Shown piece by piece: positions 28,241 to 37,979 of a stretch of 64,000 bases of DNA; the stretch's first letter is position 1, and each line of letters starts with the position of its first letter. Made by a program: the position numbers and the translations under genes. Where the stretch lies: positions 64,001 through 128,000 of the IMG/VR virus record IMGVR_UViG_3300001533_002283. One strand, 5' to 3'. Under the pieces are notes generated by a model. That model did no database searches. It saw only the letters and a list, made by a program, of their open reading frames with translations, and had not been told where the DNA came from. The stretch is from a virus.

Positions 28241-29314
28241 TCAAGCGGAAACTACTCGCCACTCAACATCTTTGAAACAACTAAGGTCTCGCCCGCCCGC
28301 ATAAGAAATTTGTGACTGAACAGCTTGTGTTAATTCACTATAATACTCCGCATATGTTTTGCCATTACAGGGAATTTCAATGGTTTTACCCTCAATATGT
28401 TTAATCTCTTGGCCGGTTTTTTGCTTTGACTCGGCTGACGCGCTTCCATAATATCGCTTATGAGTAATCCTGCCTTTTGATTCGTGGATTCCAGTGTCAC
28501 TGTAATAAACCTTGGCATTGCCATAAATATTTTCCCCCGGCGCATCAACGCACGAGGCAAACAAACTTCCAATCATAACCATAGGGATGTTTAAATTTTT
28601 ATAAACTTTTCCGGCTCTACCTCCATAAGTATACTCTCCTTGAACACTGGTAAACCCAATAATCGCCCGCGCGATGTCCCCCGCCTCGCGAACCCCGCCG
28701 TCTAAAATAACGGGAATTTTTGCCCATTTACCCGCTTCTAGTGCCGCGCTGAACATAGGAGAACCGAATGACGTGGTGGGAAAAGTTAGGCATGCCCTCC
28801 CCGTTGAAAGCCCCACCTTCAAGCAGTCTGCGCCAGCATTTTGCAAAAACTCAACCGAATCTTTATCGCCCCAAATATTTCCCGCAATCACCTTAGTATC
28901 GGGGAGATTTTCTTTAATAAATTCAATCATATCGGCGACCGAATCACTAAACCCGTGAGCAACATCAATGCACGCGAAATTCACCCGACACTTACTTTCA
29001 GAAATATCTTTAATCAACTCTTTATCGCTCTCTTGAACGCCTACAGAGATTGAAATTAACGGCCACGCCTCCGCCCGCGCACGTTGAAGGAATTTTCGAG
29101 TATCACCAAAGCGATGATAAATGTAAAAATGATTATTAAACGCCAACCATTTACAAATATCTTCATTCACAACACTTGCCATATTACTTGGCGTTATCGG
29201 CAGGGCAAATCTATACCCACAAAAGTCAATGGATGTATCGCATTCCGAGCGAGATTTAACCACGCATTTGCGGGGAATTGAAGTGATTTGATTATAATGT
29301 AAGGCTTGAGTCAT
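28241..29314 (-). CDS. guaC: GMP reductase
   Basis: SRSECDTS, PSNM, IDVAHG, IAGN, KVG...G.AC.T, DGG, YYGSAS, IEG, ISYAGG; no CBS domains. Confidence 0.85.
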   Translation of the reverse strand: MTQALHYNQITSIPRKCVVKSRSECDTSIDFCGYRFALPITPSNMASVVNEDICKWLAFNNHFYIYHRFGDTRKFLQRARAEAWPLISISVGVQESDKELIKDISESKCRVNFACIDVAHGFSDSVADMIEFIKENLPDTKVIAGNIWGDKDSVEFLQNAGADCLKVGLSTGRACLTFPTTSFGSPMFSAALEAGKWAKIPVILDGGVREAGDIARAIIGFTSVQGEYTYGGRAGKVYKNLNIPMVMIGSLFASCVDAPGENIYGNAKVYYSDTGIHESKGRITHKRYYGSASAESKQKTGQEIKHIEGKTIEIPCNGKTYAEYYSELTQAVQSQISYAGGRDLSCFKDVEWRVVSA

Positions 29315-29331
29315 GGTTATGTCTATAATTT

Positions 29332-29661
29332 TTATTTTTCGTTCAAAACTTTAGCTATATTTAATTCCATCCGCGCGTTTTCCAACTTTTTAGTTAAAAT
29401 CTCAACAAGTTTCTTCTTCCTCGCTAATAAAGACTTTGCCGCCTCTTCCTTGGTTGGCCAAGCGTATTTTTTACGAGCGTTTTTTCTAACCAGTTTGGTG
29501 TATTTTAGATTAGTGTCCCAATTATAGGTAATTCGCCAACACTTGGGGGTTTCTTTCGCGAGGAAAAATTCGGTTAGTTCTAACTTTGGATAAGCACGAC
29601 CAACGTTTTCGTATTCGTCTAGATCGGCGTAATACTTTGTTTCGTAACGGTAGAACTTCAT
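29332..29661 (-). CDS. hypothetical phage protein
   Basis: KETPKCW...ARKKYAWPTKEEA..S...RK. Confidence 0.65.
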   Translation of the reverse strand: MKFYRYETKYYADLDEYENVGRAYPKLELTEFFLAKETPKCWRITYNWDTNLKYTKLVRKNARKKYAWPTKEEAAKSLLARKKKLVEILTKKLENARMELNIAKVLNEK

Positions 29662-29664
29662 ATT

Positions 29665-30075
29665 TCAATCCTCTTTCTCAAACACACTCCCAACAACCTC
29701 AACAGTTTTCCAATCTATTTCGTCAAAAAAAGAATGTCCCCAGCGGTCTCCGGTTTTCGTGTAATTCTTCCCGATTAAAAACGAGGCAGTATCCGCATCG
29801 TAATAAACTTCTTGATTTTTATACTCCTCGCGCTCTCTACCATGCGCCGCCCCGTGAATAAAAAACGAGATTTCATCCCCTTCGTAAATTTCTATCCCGT
29901 TTTTATCCAAAAGACCGGTGAATTGCTGAATTTCAGCAGAGCAATCCGCCCAAGGGCAGTTATTTAACTGACCCAAAATAACGGGATCGCCCTCAACGGA
30001 GTTTGAGATTGAAAGGGGACTGGAGTAATAATATTTATCTCCATCTCTGATTCTAAATTTAATTTCTCGACTCAT
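29665..30075 (-). CDS. YopX family protein
   Basis: REIKFR, QFTGLLDKNGIEIYEGD, EVVG. Confidence 0.85.
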   Translation of the reverse strand: MSREIKFRIRDGDKYYYSSPLSISNSVEGDPVILGQLNNCPWADCSAEIQQFTGLLDKNGIEIYEGDEISFFIHGAAHGREREEYKNQEVYYDADTASFLIGKNYTKTGDRWGHSFFDEIDWKTVEVVGSVFEKED

Positions 30076-30078
30076 ATT

Positions 30079-30372
30079 TTAATTCTCCTTAAACGATTCA
30101 AATTTAAATCCATCGGGAAACACTAAAGAGTTGCCCAACACTTTTTTAAACAATTCGTCATCCGCGCTCCCATCATAGTCATCACCAATTTTTTCTCGGA
30201 ATGTGTAAGGATGCGGGACGATTTCACCTTTGTTGAGGAAACCCCAAGAGAGATAACCACCGCGATAACGGAGGTAAATTTTTCGATTGTCTTCGGTAAG
30301 GGCTTCTAGTTGGTAGGGCGCGGCTCCGCCTTCTTCAAGAATTTTTTTGATTTTGACGGGAGTGACTGACAT
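30079..30372 (-). CDS. hypothetical protein
   Basis: APYQ.E...D.R.IYLRYRGG.L; own promoter. Confidence 0.65.
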   Translation of the reverse strand: MSVTPVKIKKILEEGGAAPYQLEALTEDNRKIYLRYRGGYLSWGFLNKGEIVPHPYTFREKIGDDYDGSADDELFKKVLGNSLVFPDGFKFESFKEN

Positions 30373-30378
30373 AGGGCG

Positions 30379-30407
30379 AAACTAACCGATTGCCGCGCCC
30401 CTGTCAA
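30379..30407 (-). promoter_or_regulatory. promoter TTGACA-N17-TAGTTT, ATG 6 nt downstream (leaderless)
   Basis: Near-consensus sigma70 elements. Confidence 0.7.
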
Positions 30408-30416
30408 TAATTTTCG

Positions 30417-31007
30417 TCACCCAACCCAATTTTTCTCAAAAAACCGCGCGCACAAGTAAAGATAGTCGCTCAGTCTATTAAAATATTTCATGGTGAGTTC
30501 CATGTTGTCTAATCGCCTAGTGAGAACATGCGTCCATAGCACCCTCTCAACTCTGCGACAAATTTTTGAAGAAATGTCAAAATGGGTGGAAACTCGGTTG
30601 TGGCCGTAAATCACCCAATCAGCGGGAATGAGTGATTTATCTTCCTCAAAAACATTCACCCTTCTTTCTAACTCCTCTAGGTTTTTCAAAGTGAGTGTAG
30701 GAAAACTTTTCACATAACGTTCCACTTTATCACTCTCACAGATGATTTCCCCCATAATGGTAATAAGAAGTTTTTGAATATCCTCTAAGTGGCCCGCCAC
30801 GTCATAAGCCACGGGACAATCCTCAACAGAAAGATATAAACTCTTGTGGGATAAAAACTCGCGGGTTTCTAATTTTGATAATCCAAGATAGGAACTTAAC
30901 TCGTCAATTACTCCAACCATTTCAATTCGATAGTCTGATTTTGCCACGCGGGTTCCGTAGAGGAGTGATGTGGTGCCGCTGTCACCGGTTTTAGTTGCGA
31001 TTTTCAT
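30417..31007 (-). CDS. ATP:cob(I)alamin adenosyltransferase, PduO type
   Basis: TKTGDSGTTSL..G.RV.K...RIE..G.IDEL.S, CRR.ER, YFNRLSDYL. Confidence 0.92.
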   Translation of the reverse strand: MKIATKTGDSGTTSLLYGTRVAKSDYRIEMVGVIDELSSYLGLSKLETREFLSHKSLYLSVEDCPVAYDVAGHLEDIQKLLITIMGEIICESDKVERYVKSFPTLTLKNLEELERRVNVFEEDKSLIPADWVIYGHNRVSTHFDISSKICRRVERVLWTHVLTRRLDNMELTMKYFNRLSDYLYLCARFFEKNWVG

Positions 31008-31176
31008 AGGTGTGAGTGTTGTTTGTGGGGGTGTTAACTAATTGATGAATATAGGGAATACACAATTTGCATTTTGTTGCGCAAATTTTATTTTGTTGTA
31101 GGTTAGAGAGGGTTTCCCCTTGGCGAATCATTTTGGCGATTTCTTCCAAGGGGATGTTGTGGCAAATACAGAACAT
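30991..31176 (-). CDS. BFD-like [2Fe-2S] ferredoxin
   Basis: C-X-C-X30-C-X2-C in a 61-aa protein. Confidence 0.8.
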   Translation of the reverse strand: MFCICHNIPLEEIAKMIRQGETLSNLQQNKICATKCKLCIPYIHQLVNTPTNNTHTYENRN

Positions 31177-32228
31177 TAGATTTTCCTCCCAATATCCTCT
31201 ATCAAGTCATAAAAATCTCCCAAATTAAAATCTTCTCCCTCTGCGTATTTATGCATATTAATGTAATTCATGTAGTGGTTCATATCCCCATCATGAGGAA
31301 AATAAACGGCCTCCTTATATCCAAAATCTCTGCTTTCTTTTGACTTAAAATTACTCTCCCATTTTTCGACATATTTGTAACCCGCTGATTTTATTTTCTC
31401 TCTAATATCATTGGTTTTACTGTATAATTCGCCAAACTTTTTGCCAGAAACGGCGTTTACCCAATGAGGTTTATAAAACTTAGGATTCCCGTGAAAATAA
31501 TCCCCATGAAATTGATAAACCGTCCTAGTTTTGGAGTCGAAACCATCAACAACGTATGTTTTTTCTCCAATTTTAAGTCTGTATTGCCGGATTAAACCAT
31601 CTATTGCCAAACTTTCTAACCATTCGTTCTCCTTTTTTGAGGAATTCGCGACACATCGTTTACAGCCATAGCCGGCCAAATGAGCGTGTGCGGTTTGTTG
31701 AAAAACTCCGTGTTTTTTACACACGATATCAACTAATATATCCGTCCCTTTATAATCCACGAGGGAATAGTCATATTTATCCCCGTGTTTTTCTTTCGCA
31801 GCTTCTATAAACGTTTCAGTTGTCTTTTTGAAATTAGGTTTACATTTTGGGCAACCAGAGCCATTTATATGCTCTTTAATTCCTTGGTTAAATTCACCGT
31901 GTTTCTTACAAACTATTTTTATCTTTTGTTTATTATTTTTATACTCAAAAGGGGGATATTCGTAGGTTTCCCCATGAACGGATTTAATTTCGCCGAGAAC
32001 CTCTTCTAAGGTTTTAATAAAACGATTTCCGCATCTTGGACACCCCTGCTCTTGGTAGATATGACCCGCCATAGCTTGTTCAAATTTTCCGTGAACCGAA
32101 CAAATTATAGTGGTTTTGTCATGTAATCTATATATGGGATGAGCTAAGGAGTAATCATATTTTTCTCCATGAATCTCCTTGGCTTTGCCAATATAATATT
32201 CAGATTTTTCTACTTTCGGAGTCGGCAT
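31176..32228 (-). CDS. endonuclease with three Zn-ribbon repeats (DUF723-like) and Vsr-like nuclease domain
   Basis: 3x (HG..Y.Y...C..HG.F.Q....H...GC..C); VDG...QFHGDYFHG. Confidence 0.8.
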   Translation of the reverse strand: MPTPKVEKSEYYIGKAKEIHGEKYDYSLAHPIYRLHDKTTIICSVHGKFEQAMAGHIYQEQGCPRCGNRFIKTLEEVLGEIKSVHGETYEYPPFEYKNNKQKIKIVCKKHGEFNQGIKEHINGSGCPKCKPNFKKTTETFIEAAKEKHGDKYDYSLVDYKGTDILVDIVCKKHGVFQQTAHAHLAGYGCKRCVANSSKKENEWLESLAIDGLIRQYRLKIGEKTYVVDGFDSKTRTVYQFHGDYFHGNPKFYKPHWVNAVSGKKFGELYSKTNDIREKIKSAGYKYVEKWESNFKSKESRDFGYKEAVYFPHDGDMNHYMNYINMHKYAEGEDFNLGDFYDLIEDIGRKI

Positions 32229-32231
32229 ATT

Positions 32232-34805
32232 TTACCCACACTTTGATGTTCCGCAGTCATTACAAACGATGCATCCTTCAGCACGGCTCAGATTATGACT
32301 TCCACAGTTTGAGCAAGTTTCCCCATGAACAACGGTCCCATCCTTGATACATTTTTTAAGAACTCGACTTAGGGACCGAGCGAAACAAGTCATATCTCCC
32401 TCCGTTTTCTCTAATTGATGAACAATAAAAGAAATATCCGCACCGTGTCTAAGAGCGGTCGAAATCATACGGGTGAGAGCGTCCGCATTAGAATCGGAAT
32501 GCCCGTTGGTTAGATTATATTTATCTTCTCCGTTAACTAGAGAATAATTGCCACGAGAATTCTTGGTTATTTTGCCTGATGTTATAGACTTAGGAATAAA
32601 AACAACTCCATCCGGGTTTTCGTTGGTGCCGGTAAATACCTCGTAAGGCTCACCATCCATTAGCCCCACGATTCCATAGTATTTTACTCCTTTAGAAGTT
32701 AAATGTTCAACCTTGCAGTCAAGTTCCTTGGGTCGCTTGGGGGCGGTTGTTTTCTTAATTGATGCGACCACCTCTTCTTTCTTTTCTTCCTTTGAAGATA
32801 AAACGGTTGTCATTGTGCCAGCCCGATAAGTAGTAATTCCTTTTAGATAACCTGTTTTATAGGCATCTAGATAAAGGTTTTCAAATGAATCATAAGGATA
32901 ATCAGCGGGGCAATTAACCGTTTTGCTCATTGAAGAGTCAATCCATTTACCCCAGCCAGCCATATCCACAACATGTTCTTCCACCTTTAAAGAAAGAGCA
33001 GTTTTAGCCCACTCGGCGGACTGATTCCATTCGTTGCGCTCTTTGAGAAATCTAACCCCATAATCAATACACGGAACTTCCTTGGTTAATCCGCGATTGC
33101 GATCTATTTTATAAATAATCCCGTTATATTCCGCACGAAGAACATCATCAGACCCCTCCTTTGTCATTTTAAACAAGGCGGTTTCTTTGAATTCTCCCTC
33201 CCAATATTTAGGAACTAGTGGTTTTAAATTATCGGGACAAATTGGGACAATGACAGTTCTGATGTATTCTGGCATGAAGATAGGCTCTAGTCCGCCAGAG
33301 CAAATGTTGGCCAGAATGGAGGTATTACCCGTAGGCTGAATAGAAAAAAGGGCAGAATTTCTAATTCCATAGGTTTTAATTTCAGAAATCAAATCACTTG
33401 GCAACCCAATCTGTTTAAAATAATAAGAATCGGCGTGTTTTTCGGGGTCACAATCTTTGAACATCCCTTTTTCTTTAGCGAGATTAATCGACGTTTTGAT
33501 TGCGGTTTCCGTGAAAACTTTCATCAAGTCAGCCTTAATCACCTCTGCCTTTTCAGAAGCAAAGGGAATTTTCATCATGTATAGGGCCGAACCCCAGCCC
33601 ATAACACCAATTCCGATACGCCGACGATTACGAATGGATTCGGAGTATTGTTCTAGAGGGGCGTTGGTATAATCATTAACGTTATCCAAGAAACGAACCG
33701 CATAAGACACGTATTTTTTTACCTTCTCATAATCAAAGTTCGTATAATCTCCATTTAAAAGTTGGGTAAGATTAATTGAAGAAAGGTTACATACACTTGC
33801 GAAGGGCAGCATTTGCTCGCCGCAGGGGTTGCTGGCATGAATCTTGCTCTTTTGTCCTGCATAATTCCAACAGTGTGTTTTGTTGGCCTTGTCCAAAAAC
33901 AAAATTCCGGGGTCATTTCTAGTGTAAGTGGAGGACATTAGTTTGTCCCACAAGCCAAGCAAAGAAACTGTTTTATGAACAACGACGGAATAGCCCCTGC
34001 TCTTCCAGTATTCAATATCTCCATCCCACTCCTCTTTATACTTCGGGTGCTTTGTGTCAGGAAAAACTAATTCCCACCCATCATTATTTTTAACAAATTC
34101 ACTATCTCCGCTCTTTTTAGCCTCTTTTAAAGCAAGAACTCTATCCATAAACTCATCTGAAACGCCAACAGAAATATTGAACTTTGCTAGACGGCCCTCG
34201 GTAAGTTTAGCGTCAATAAACTCTTCTACGTCCGGATGCCAACACCACAAGACACCCATCATTGCGCCCTTTCGAATTTTCCCTTTCGCTTTTGAGTTTT
34301 TTGATTTAACGCCGGAACCAGAGGTGATAATTTCCGAGGACTTATCAAAAAGTTCCATATATTTTACTGCGCCGGGGGTTTCTACGCCGATACCATGAAT
34401 AAAAGAACCACGAGGACGAATAAAGGAAAAATTCATGCCCCATCCACCCTCTGATTTAAGGGTCTTTGCTTGATATAAAAGAGTTTCGATAATACCCTCT
34501 AAAGAATCTTGATCGTAAGTTGATTTCGGACCAACGAAACAATTCATTAGAGTAGTTCCTTGCCATTCAGCCCCAGCATTAGAATAAATGCGCCCACCAC
34601 AAGTTACTCTAAAATCATAAAGCGTTTCATAAAACTTTTCAGACCACTCTTTTTTAAGCTCTTCTGTTTTTTCCACGGAAGCCACGGCGTTTGCCACTCT
34701 ACGAAAAGTATCGTCAACCGATTGGTCCTTATGGTCTTTGTAAGTGCTTTTCCACACTTCTTCAGAAAACTCATCCTTAAAAATCTCAGCGTTTGTTTTG
34801 CTCAT
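32232..34805 (-). CDS. nrdJ: adenosylcobalamin-dependent (class II) ribonucleotide reductase
   Basis: NCFV, GG.G, RKGA.M, FNISV, DPG..F.D, NPCGEQ, CNL, QPTG, SKTVN, KGITTYR, C-terminal Zn ribbon; no beta subunit nearby. Confidence 0.93.
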   Translation of the reverse strand: MSKTNAEIFKDEFSEEVWKSTYKDHKDQSVDDTFRRVANAVASVEKTEELKKEWSEKFYETLYDFRVTCGGRIYSNAGAEWQGTTLMNCFVGPKSTYDQDSLEGIIETLLYQAKTLKSEGGWGMNFSFIRPRGSFIHGIGVETPGAVKYMELFDKSSEIITSGSGVKSKNSKAKGKIRKGAMMGVLWCWHPDVEEFIDAKLTEGRLAKFNISVGVSDEFMDRVLALKEAKKSGDSEFVKNNDGWELVFPDTKHPKYKEEWDGDIEYWKSRGYSVVVHKTVSLLGLWDKLMSSTYTRNDPGILFLDKANKTHCWNYAGQKSKIHASNPCGEQMLPFASVCNLSSINLTQLLNGDYTNFDYEKVKKYVSYAVRFLDNVNDYTNAPLEQYSESIRNRRRIGIGVMGWGSALYMMKIPFASEKAEVIKADLMKVFTETAIKTSINLAKEKGMFKDCDPEKHADSYYFKQIGLPSDLISEIKTYGIRNSALFSIQPTGNTSILANICSGGLEPIFMPEYIRTVIVPICPDNLKPLVPKYWEGEFKETALFKMTKEGSDDVLRAEYNGIIYKIDRNRGLTKEVPCIDYGVRFLKERNEWNQSAEWAKTALSLKVEEHVVDMAGWGKWIDSSMSKTVNCPADYPYDSFENLYLDAYKTGYLKGITTYRAGTMTTVLSSKEEKKEEVVASIKKTTAPKRPKELDCKVEHLTSKGVKYYGIVGLMDGEPYEVFTGTNENPDGVVFIPKSITSGKITKNSRGNYSLVNGEDKYNLTNGHSDSNADALTRMISTALRHGADISFIVHQLEKTEGDMTCFARSLSRVLKKCIKDGTVVHGETCSNCGSHNLSRAEGCIVCNDCGTSKCG

Positions 34806-34853
34806 AATAATATATTAAAAATAGGTATAATTTGTTATCTAACTTAGGGTCTC

Positions 34854-34882
34854 TATTTACAGGTATTAACCCGCCGAGTCAA
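34854..34882 (-). promoter_or_regulatory. nrdJ promoter TTGACT-N17-TAAATA
   Basis: Motif in the intergenic region after a terminator. Confidence 0.55.
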
Positions 34883-34944
34883 GAAAAAGTTGGGAAAAGT
34901 TTGTGTGATTTCACAATTCGTAAAGTGTTCAACCGTAATAAATT

Positions 34945-34975
34945 AAAAACCCGCCGAGGCTAAACCTCTAGCGGG
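34945..34975 (-). terminator. intrinsic terminator
   Basis: CCCGCT.GAGG-loop-CCTC.GGCGGG followed by TTTTT. Confidence 0.75.
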
Positions 34976-35001
34976 GTGGGAATTGTATAAACGACTTTTA
35001 A

Positions 35002-35400
35002 TTAAAACCCAATAATTCTAAAAAAGAAGCCTCTTGACTCTTCGTTGGCTAACACCTTAATCGCCCCGAAAACAAATAAAAATAAAGCGCCCAAAACATA
35101 ACGGTTAAAAAGATATTTTTGTGCAAAGACTTTTATAGAAACTATTTGTTTTAATTCTTTATTGGTGTCTTTATCTAAAGGGTTCATCTCCTCTAATTTA
35201 TTTACCCTGCCATTGGTTTTAAAAGTTTGATTCTCAATGCTTTCCAATTTTTCGCTTTGTTTTACGGTTTCATCAATAAGCCAATTGCTTGTTTGAGAAA
35301 TAACGTTAAGATGCTCCAAGATATATCTATCCTTATCGGATGCATCTTTTAACAAGTATTCTGGCAAATTTGATTGAAATGAAGGTTTTTTTAAAGACAT
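35002..35400 (-). CDS. membrane-anchored coiled-coil protein (possibly holin-like)
   Basis: TNGRV.KLE coiled coil, C-terminal hydrophobic helix. Confidence 0.5.
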   Translation of the reverse strand: MSLKKPSFQSNLPEYLLKDASDKDRYILEHLNVISQTSNWLIDETVKQSEKLESIENQTFKTNGRVNKLEEMNPLDKDTNKELKQIVSIKVFAQKYLFNRYVLGALFLFVFGAIKVLANEESRGFFFRIIGF

Positions 35401-35440
35401 GACTAAAGTTGTGGAAAGCATGGTAGGGTGGGGAGCGACA

Positions 35441-36184
35441 TTATTCCGTAACAATTTCCGTAACGGCTGCCAAATCGGGATTCATGGCAATCATTTCTTC
35501 TGCCGTTATTTTTGAAACAGGTTTAGACGACCACATCCGGCACGACCAATAACGCGCTTTCCATTTTGGTCCGGGATTATCGCAATTATGTCTAGCTCTA
35601 AAAGATTTTCTGCGTTCTGGATTATCCCTCTTAATACTCATGTTAGGGTCTCCAAAATTAACCTTAACAACATTACCCTTGTCATTTTTTACATAAACGG
35701 AAAATTTCTTAGGTCCGTTAGGGGTTCTAAAAGGTTTATTGAGAGTCTTTTTTTCTTTTTCAGCGTAAGCGGCATACCCCTCTTCAATATCCTCAATATC
35801 ATCTAAAAAGTCTTCTATTGACTCATAATCAGAAACGTTCTCTTGAAAATAAGCATAAACCGACTTCATTTCCTCGTCCTCGCACTCCTCTTTCGCCGCT
35901 TCCTCCACATCTACTTCCTCCACCTCAAATAACTCCGGCCATTTTTCCGCTTTGGTGGCCAACCAATCTTTCATTGCAACGGCGAACCCCACCGCTTCCT
36001 CAATTTTCTTCTTGCCCGGTTTTTCGCCCTCATAGGAAACCCGCCCACCACGCTTTTTGTAAGTCCTTAATACCCAAAGGTTTTTGGTATAAGCATTTTT
36101 ATCACCAAATTTTTCATCAGCTTCTTTACGGACTTTTTGAAGCAAATCTTTAGAGTGGTAAATTACCTTGGCGATTGATTTCAT
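35441..36184 (-). CDS. conserved viral protein (DUF6321-like C-terminal domain)
   Basis: KKFSVYV...VKVNFGDP.M...RRKSFRARH.C...ARYWSC..W; N-terminal AY...W...YKKRGG. Confidence 0.7.
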   Translation of the reverse strand: MKSIAKVIYHSKDLLQKVRKEADEKFGDKNAYTKNLWVLRTYKKRGGRVSYEGEKPGKKKIEEAVGFAVAMKDWLATKAEKWPELFEVEEVDVEEAAKEECEDEEMKSVYAYFQENVSDYESIEDFLDDIEDIEEGYAAYAEKEKKTLNKPFRTPNGPKKFSVYVKNDKGNVVKVNFGDPNMSIKRDNPERRKSFRARHNCDNPGPKWKARYWSCRMWSSKPVSKITAEEMIAMNPDLAAVTEIVTE

Positions 36185-36259
36185 AGAGTGTTATAAGAAA
36201 ACTAAATTACGTGATAAGTATTACAGAAAATTTAAGGGGAATAGAAAAGGGATTTTTAC

Positions 36260-37039
36260 TTAATCCGATAAAACTTCTGGGATAGGTTTTCCAACCATAT
36301 TATAATAATCAGGATTAAATTCCAATTTATTTTCCGCTTCGTTCCATCTAAACGAACAATATTGCTGTCCCCACCGTTGAGCCTGATATCTTTGCTTAAG
36401 TTTCCCCCTCTCATCGGAAGGCCAAGTGTGGTGCGCCACGAGGCTTATTGTGGGTGGAATATTTCTATTGGAAAACTCTTTAAAGTCTTTTTGTTCACCG
36501 GTAACTTTGTGTTCGTAATATGGCTCGTTATCATGATAGAAGAAACCCATTTTATATACACCAGAGCTAACCCGAAAGGCGCGCGGCGGAGTGAACGGGG
36601 TGGCCAAATATTTATGATTGTCGAAAATATAATTCTTATAAGAGAAGCTGAACCAAGCAGTTAGGGAATCTCTGGCGATAAATCTGGCGATGTTGGAGAT
36701 GTTATCCAAGGTATAAAACTCATCGCTGTCCGCTAGGAAAACCCAATCACACCCTTGTTCCAATAAATAAAACAATGCCTTATTCCGCGCTTCCGCTTCT
36801 GATACAAATTTTGGCTCAGTTACCAGATAATCCAACGGTAACGTCTTCAAATATTCCGTCGCACATTCGTCATTCGCGAACTCTGTATCCTTATATTCCT
36901 TAAAGGGAACTGAAACCGCCGAGATAATCCAAGTGTTACCACCAGTTTTCTGTTCACGGGCTTTTAGCCAAACGGGAATGCTTTCTTTAACATATTCAAT
37001 ATTGCCGAAACCACAGTAGATCAATCCAATTTTAGCCAT
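36260..37039 (-). CDS. GT-A fold glycosyltransferase (GT2-like)
   Basis: EAEARN.AL, DWVFLADSDEFY. Confidence 0.75.
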   Translation of the reverse strand: MAKIGLIYCGFGNIEYVKESIPVWLKAREQKTGGNTWIISAVSVPFKEYKDTEFANDECATEYLKTLPLDYLVTEPKFVSEAEARNKALFYLLEQGCDWVFLADSDEFYTLDNISNIARFIARDSLTAWFSFSYKNYIFDNHKYLATPFTPPRAFRVSSGVYKMGFFYHDNEPYYEHKVTGEQKDFKEFSNRNIPPTISLVAHHTWPSDERGKLKQRYQAQRWGQQYCSFRWNEAENKLEFNPDYYNMVGKPIPEVLSD

Positions 37040-37065
37040 AATAATTTAGAGTAAAAGTTTTTACC

Positions 37066-37977
37066 TTACAATTTCTTCGCCCCACGTTCTTCCGCAAACC
37101 CCAACAACCAGAACATCTTATGTAATTCGCAAATCATGGAAATGAAGTTTGGCGCGGCGGCATAACCAGCAGAGTTCCAAAGCAGAAGATTCTTCACCGG
37201 ATTAAGCGTCACCAACTCTCGATTCAACTCTTTGGGATTAACCCCTTCAAAAATCTCCTTCTTCTCCGTCCCCCAATAAAATTCGTTTAACACACTCATC
37301 ATTTCAAACTTGCTTACACTTCCGCTCGGCACGAGATGGTGACACCCCGCAGAGAATAAATCGTTTTTAATAACGCCTTTGATAATTTGAGCAAGGTGAT
37401 AAGTTGTTACCCCGTTCCATTCGGTGTTGGTCCACCCAATATGCTTATCCGCTTCAATAAAACGCTCAAGAAATGAGTTTTTGGTGAATCGCTCTGGGCC
37501 GAGAATAGAACAGCGCAAATTCATCACGTTAGGAGAGATCACCTCCCCTAAGTGCTTACTCTTTGCGTAGTAATCACGAGAGCGATCAGCCGACATTTCA
37601 TCATTTTGGGGGAGTTTACTTTCGTCAAAAACGCAATCGGTTGTCAAGTGAATAATCTTAGACTCTTTGCAATTTTTGGCCAACTCAATAGGGAAAAGGG
37701 TGTTTAGTCTAACATATTCTTCGGGCGTGGGTTTTGCATTAGGAATCGCCCCGATGCAGTTAACGATGTAATCATAATTCTTGGCGAAAAACGGAGTGTC
37801 TTTAATCGCATCGAATTTATACACGTCGTAGCCTTTCCCTCGGAATAACTCTTCGCGGGAACGAGTGGTGACTCCAAGGTGGAGTGAATCATCCGCGCCT
37901 AACACCTTTTCTATCATACTCCCGGCCATGCCTGTTGCGCCGAGGATTAAAACTTTAGTTTTTTGATTGTTTGTCAT
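37066..37977 (-). CDS. RmlD-like NDP-4-keto-sugar reductase (SDR)
   Basis: LGATGMAG, VNCIG, HLTTDCVF, YAKSKHLGE, R.SI.G.E. Confidence 0.85.
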   Translation of the reverse strand: MTNNQKTKVLILGATGMAGSMIEKVLGADDSLHLGVTTRSREELFRGKGYDVYKFDAIKDTPFFAKNYDYIVNCIGAIPNAKPTPEEYVRLNTLFPIELAKNCKESKIIHLTTDCVFDESKLPQNDEMSADRSRDYYAKSKHLGEVISPNVMNLRCSILGPERFTKNSFLERFIEADKHIGWTNTEWNGVTTYHLAQIIKGVIKNDLFSAGCHHLVPSGSVSKFEMMSVLNEFYWGTEKKEIFEGVNPKELNRELVTLNPVKNLLLWNSAGYAAAPNFISMICELHKMFWLLGFAEERGAKKL

Positions 37978-37979
37978 TT

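Noticed and set aside
34806-35001. Cobalamin riboswitch or NrdR box upstream of nrdJ
   Set aside because: The leader after the promoter is only about 40 nt and AT-rich; no B12-box or NrdR consensus recognised
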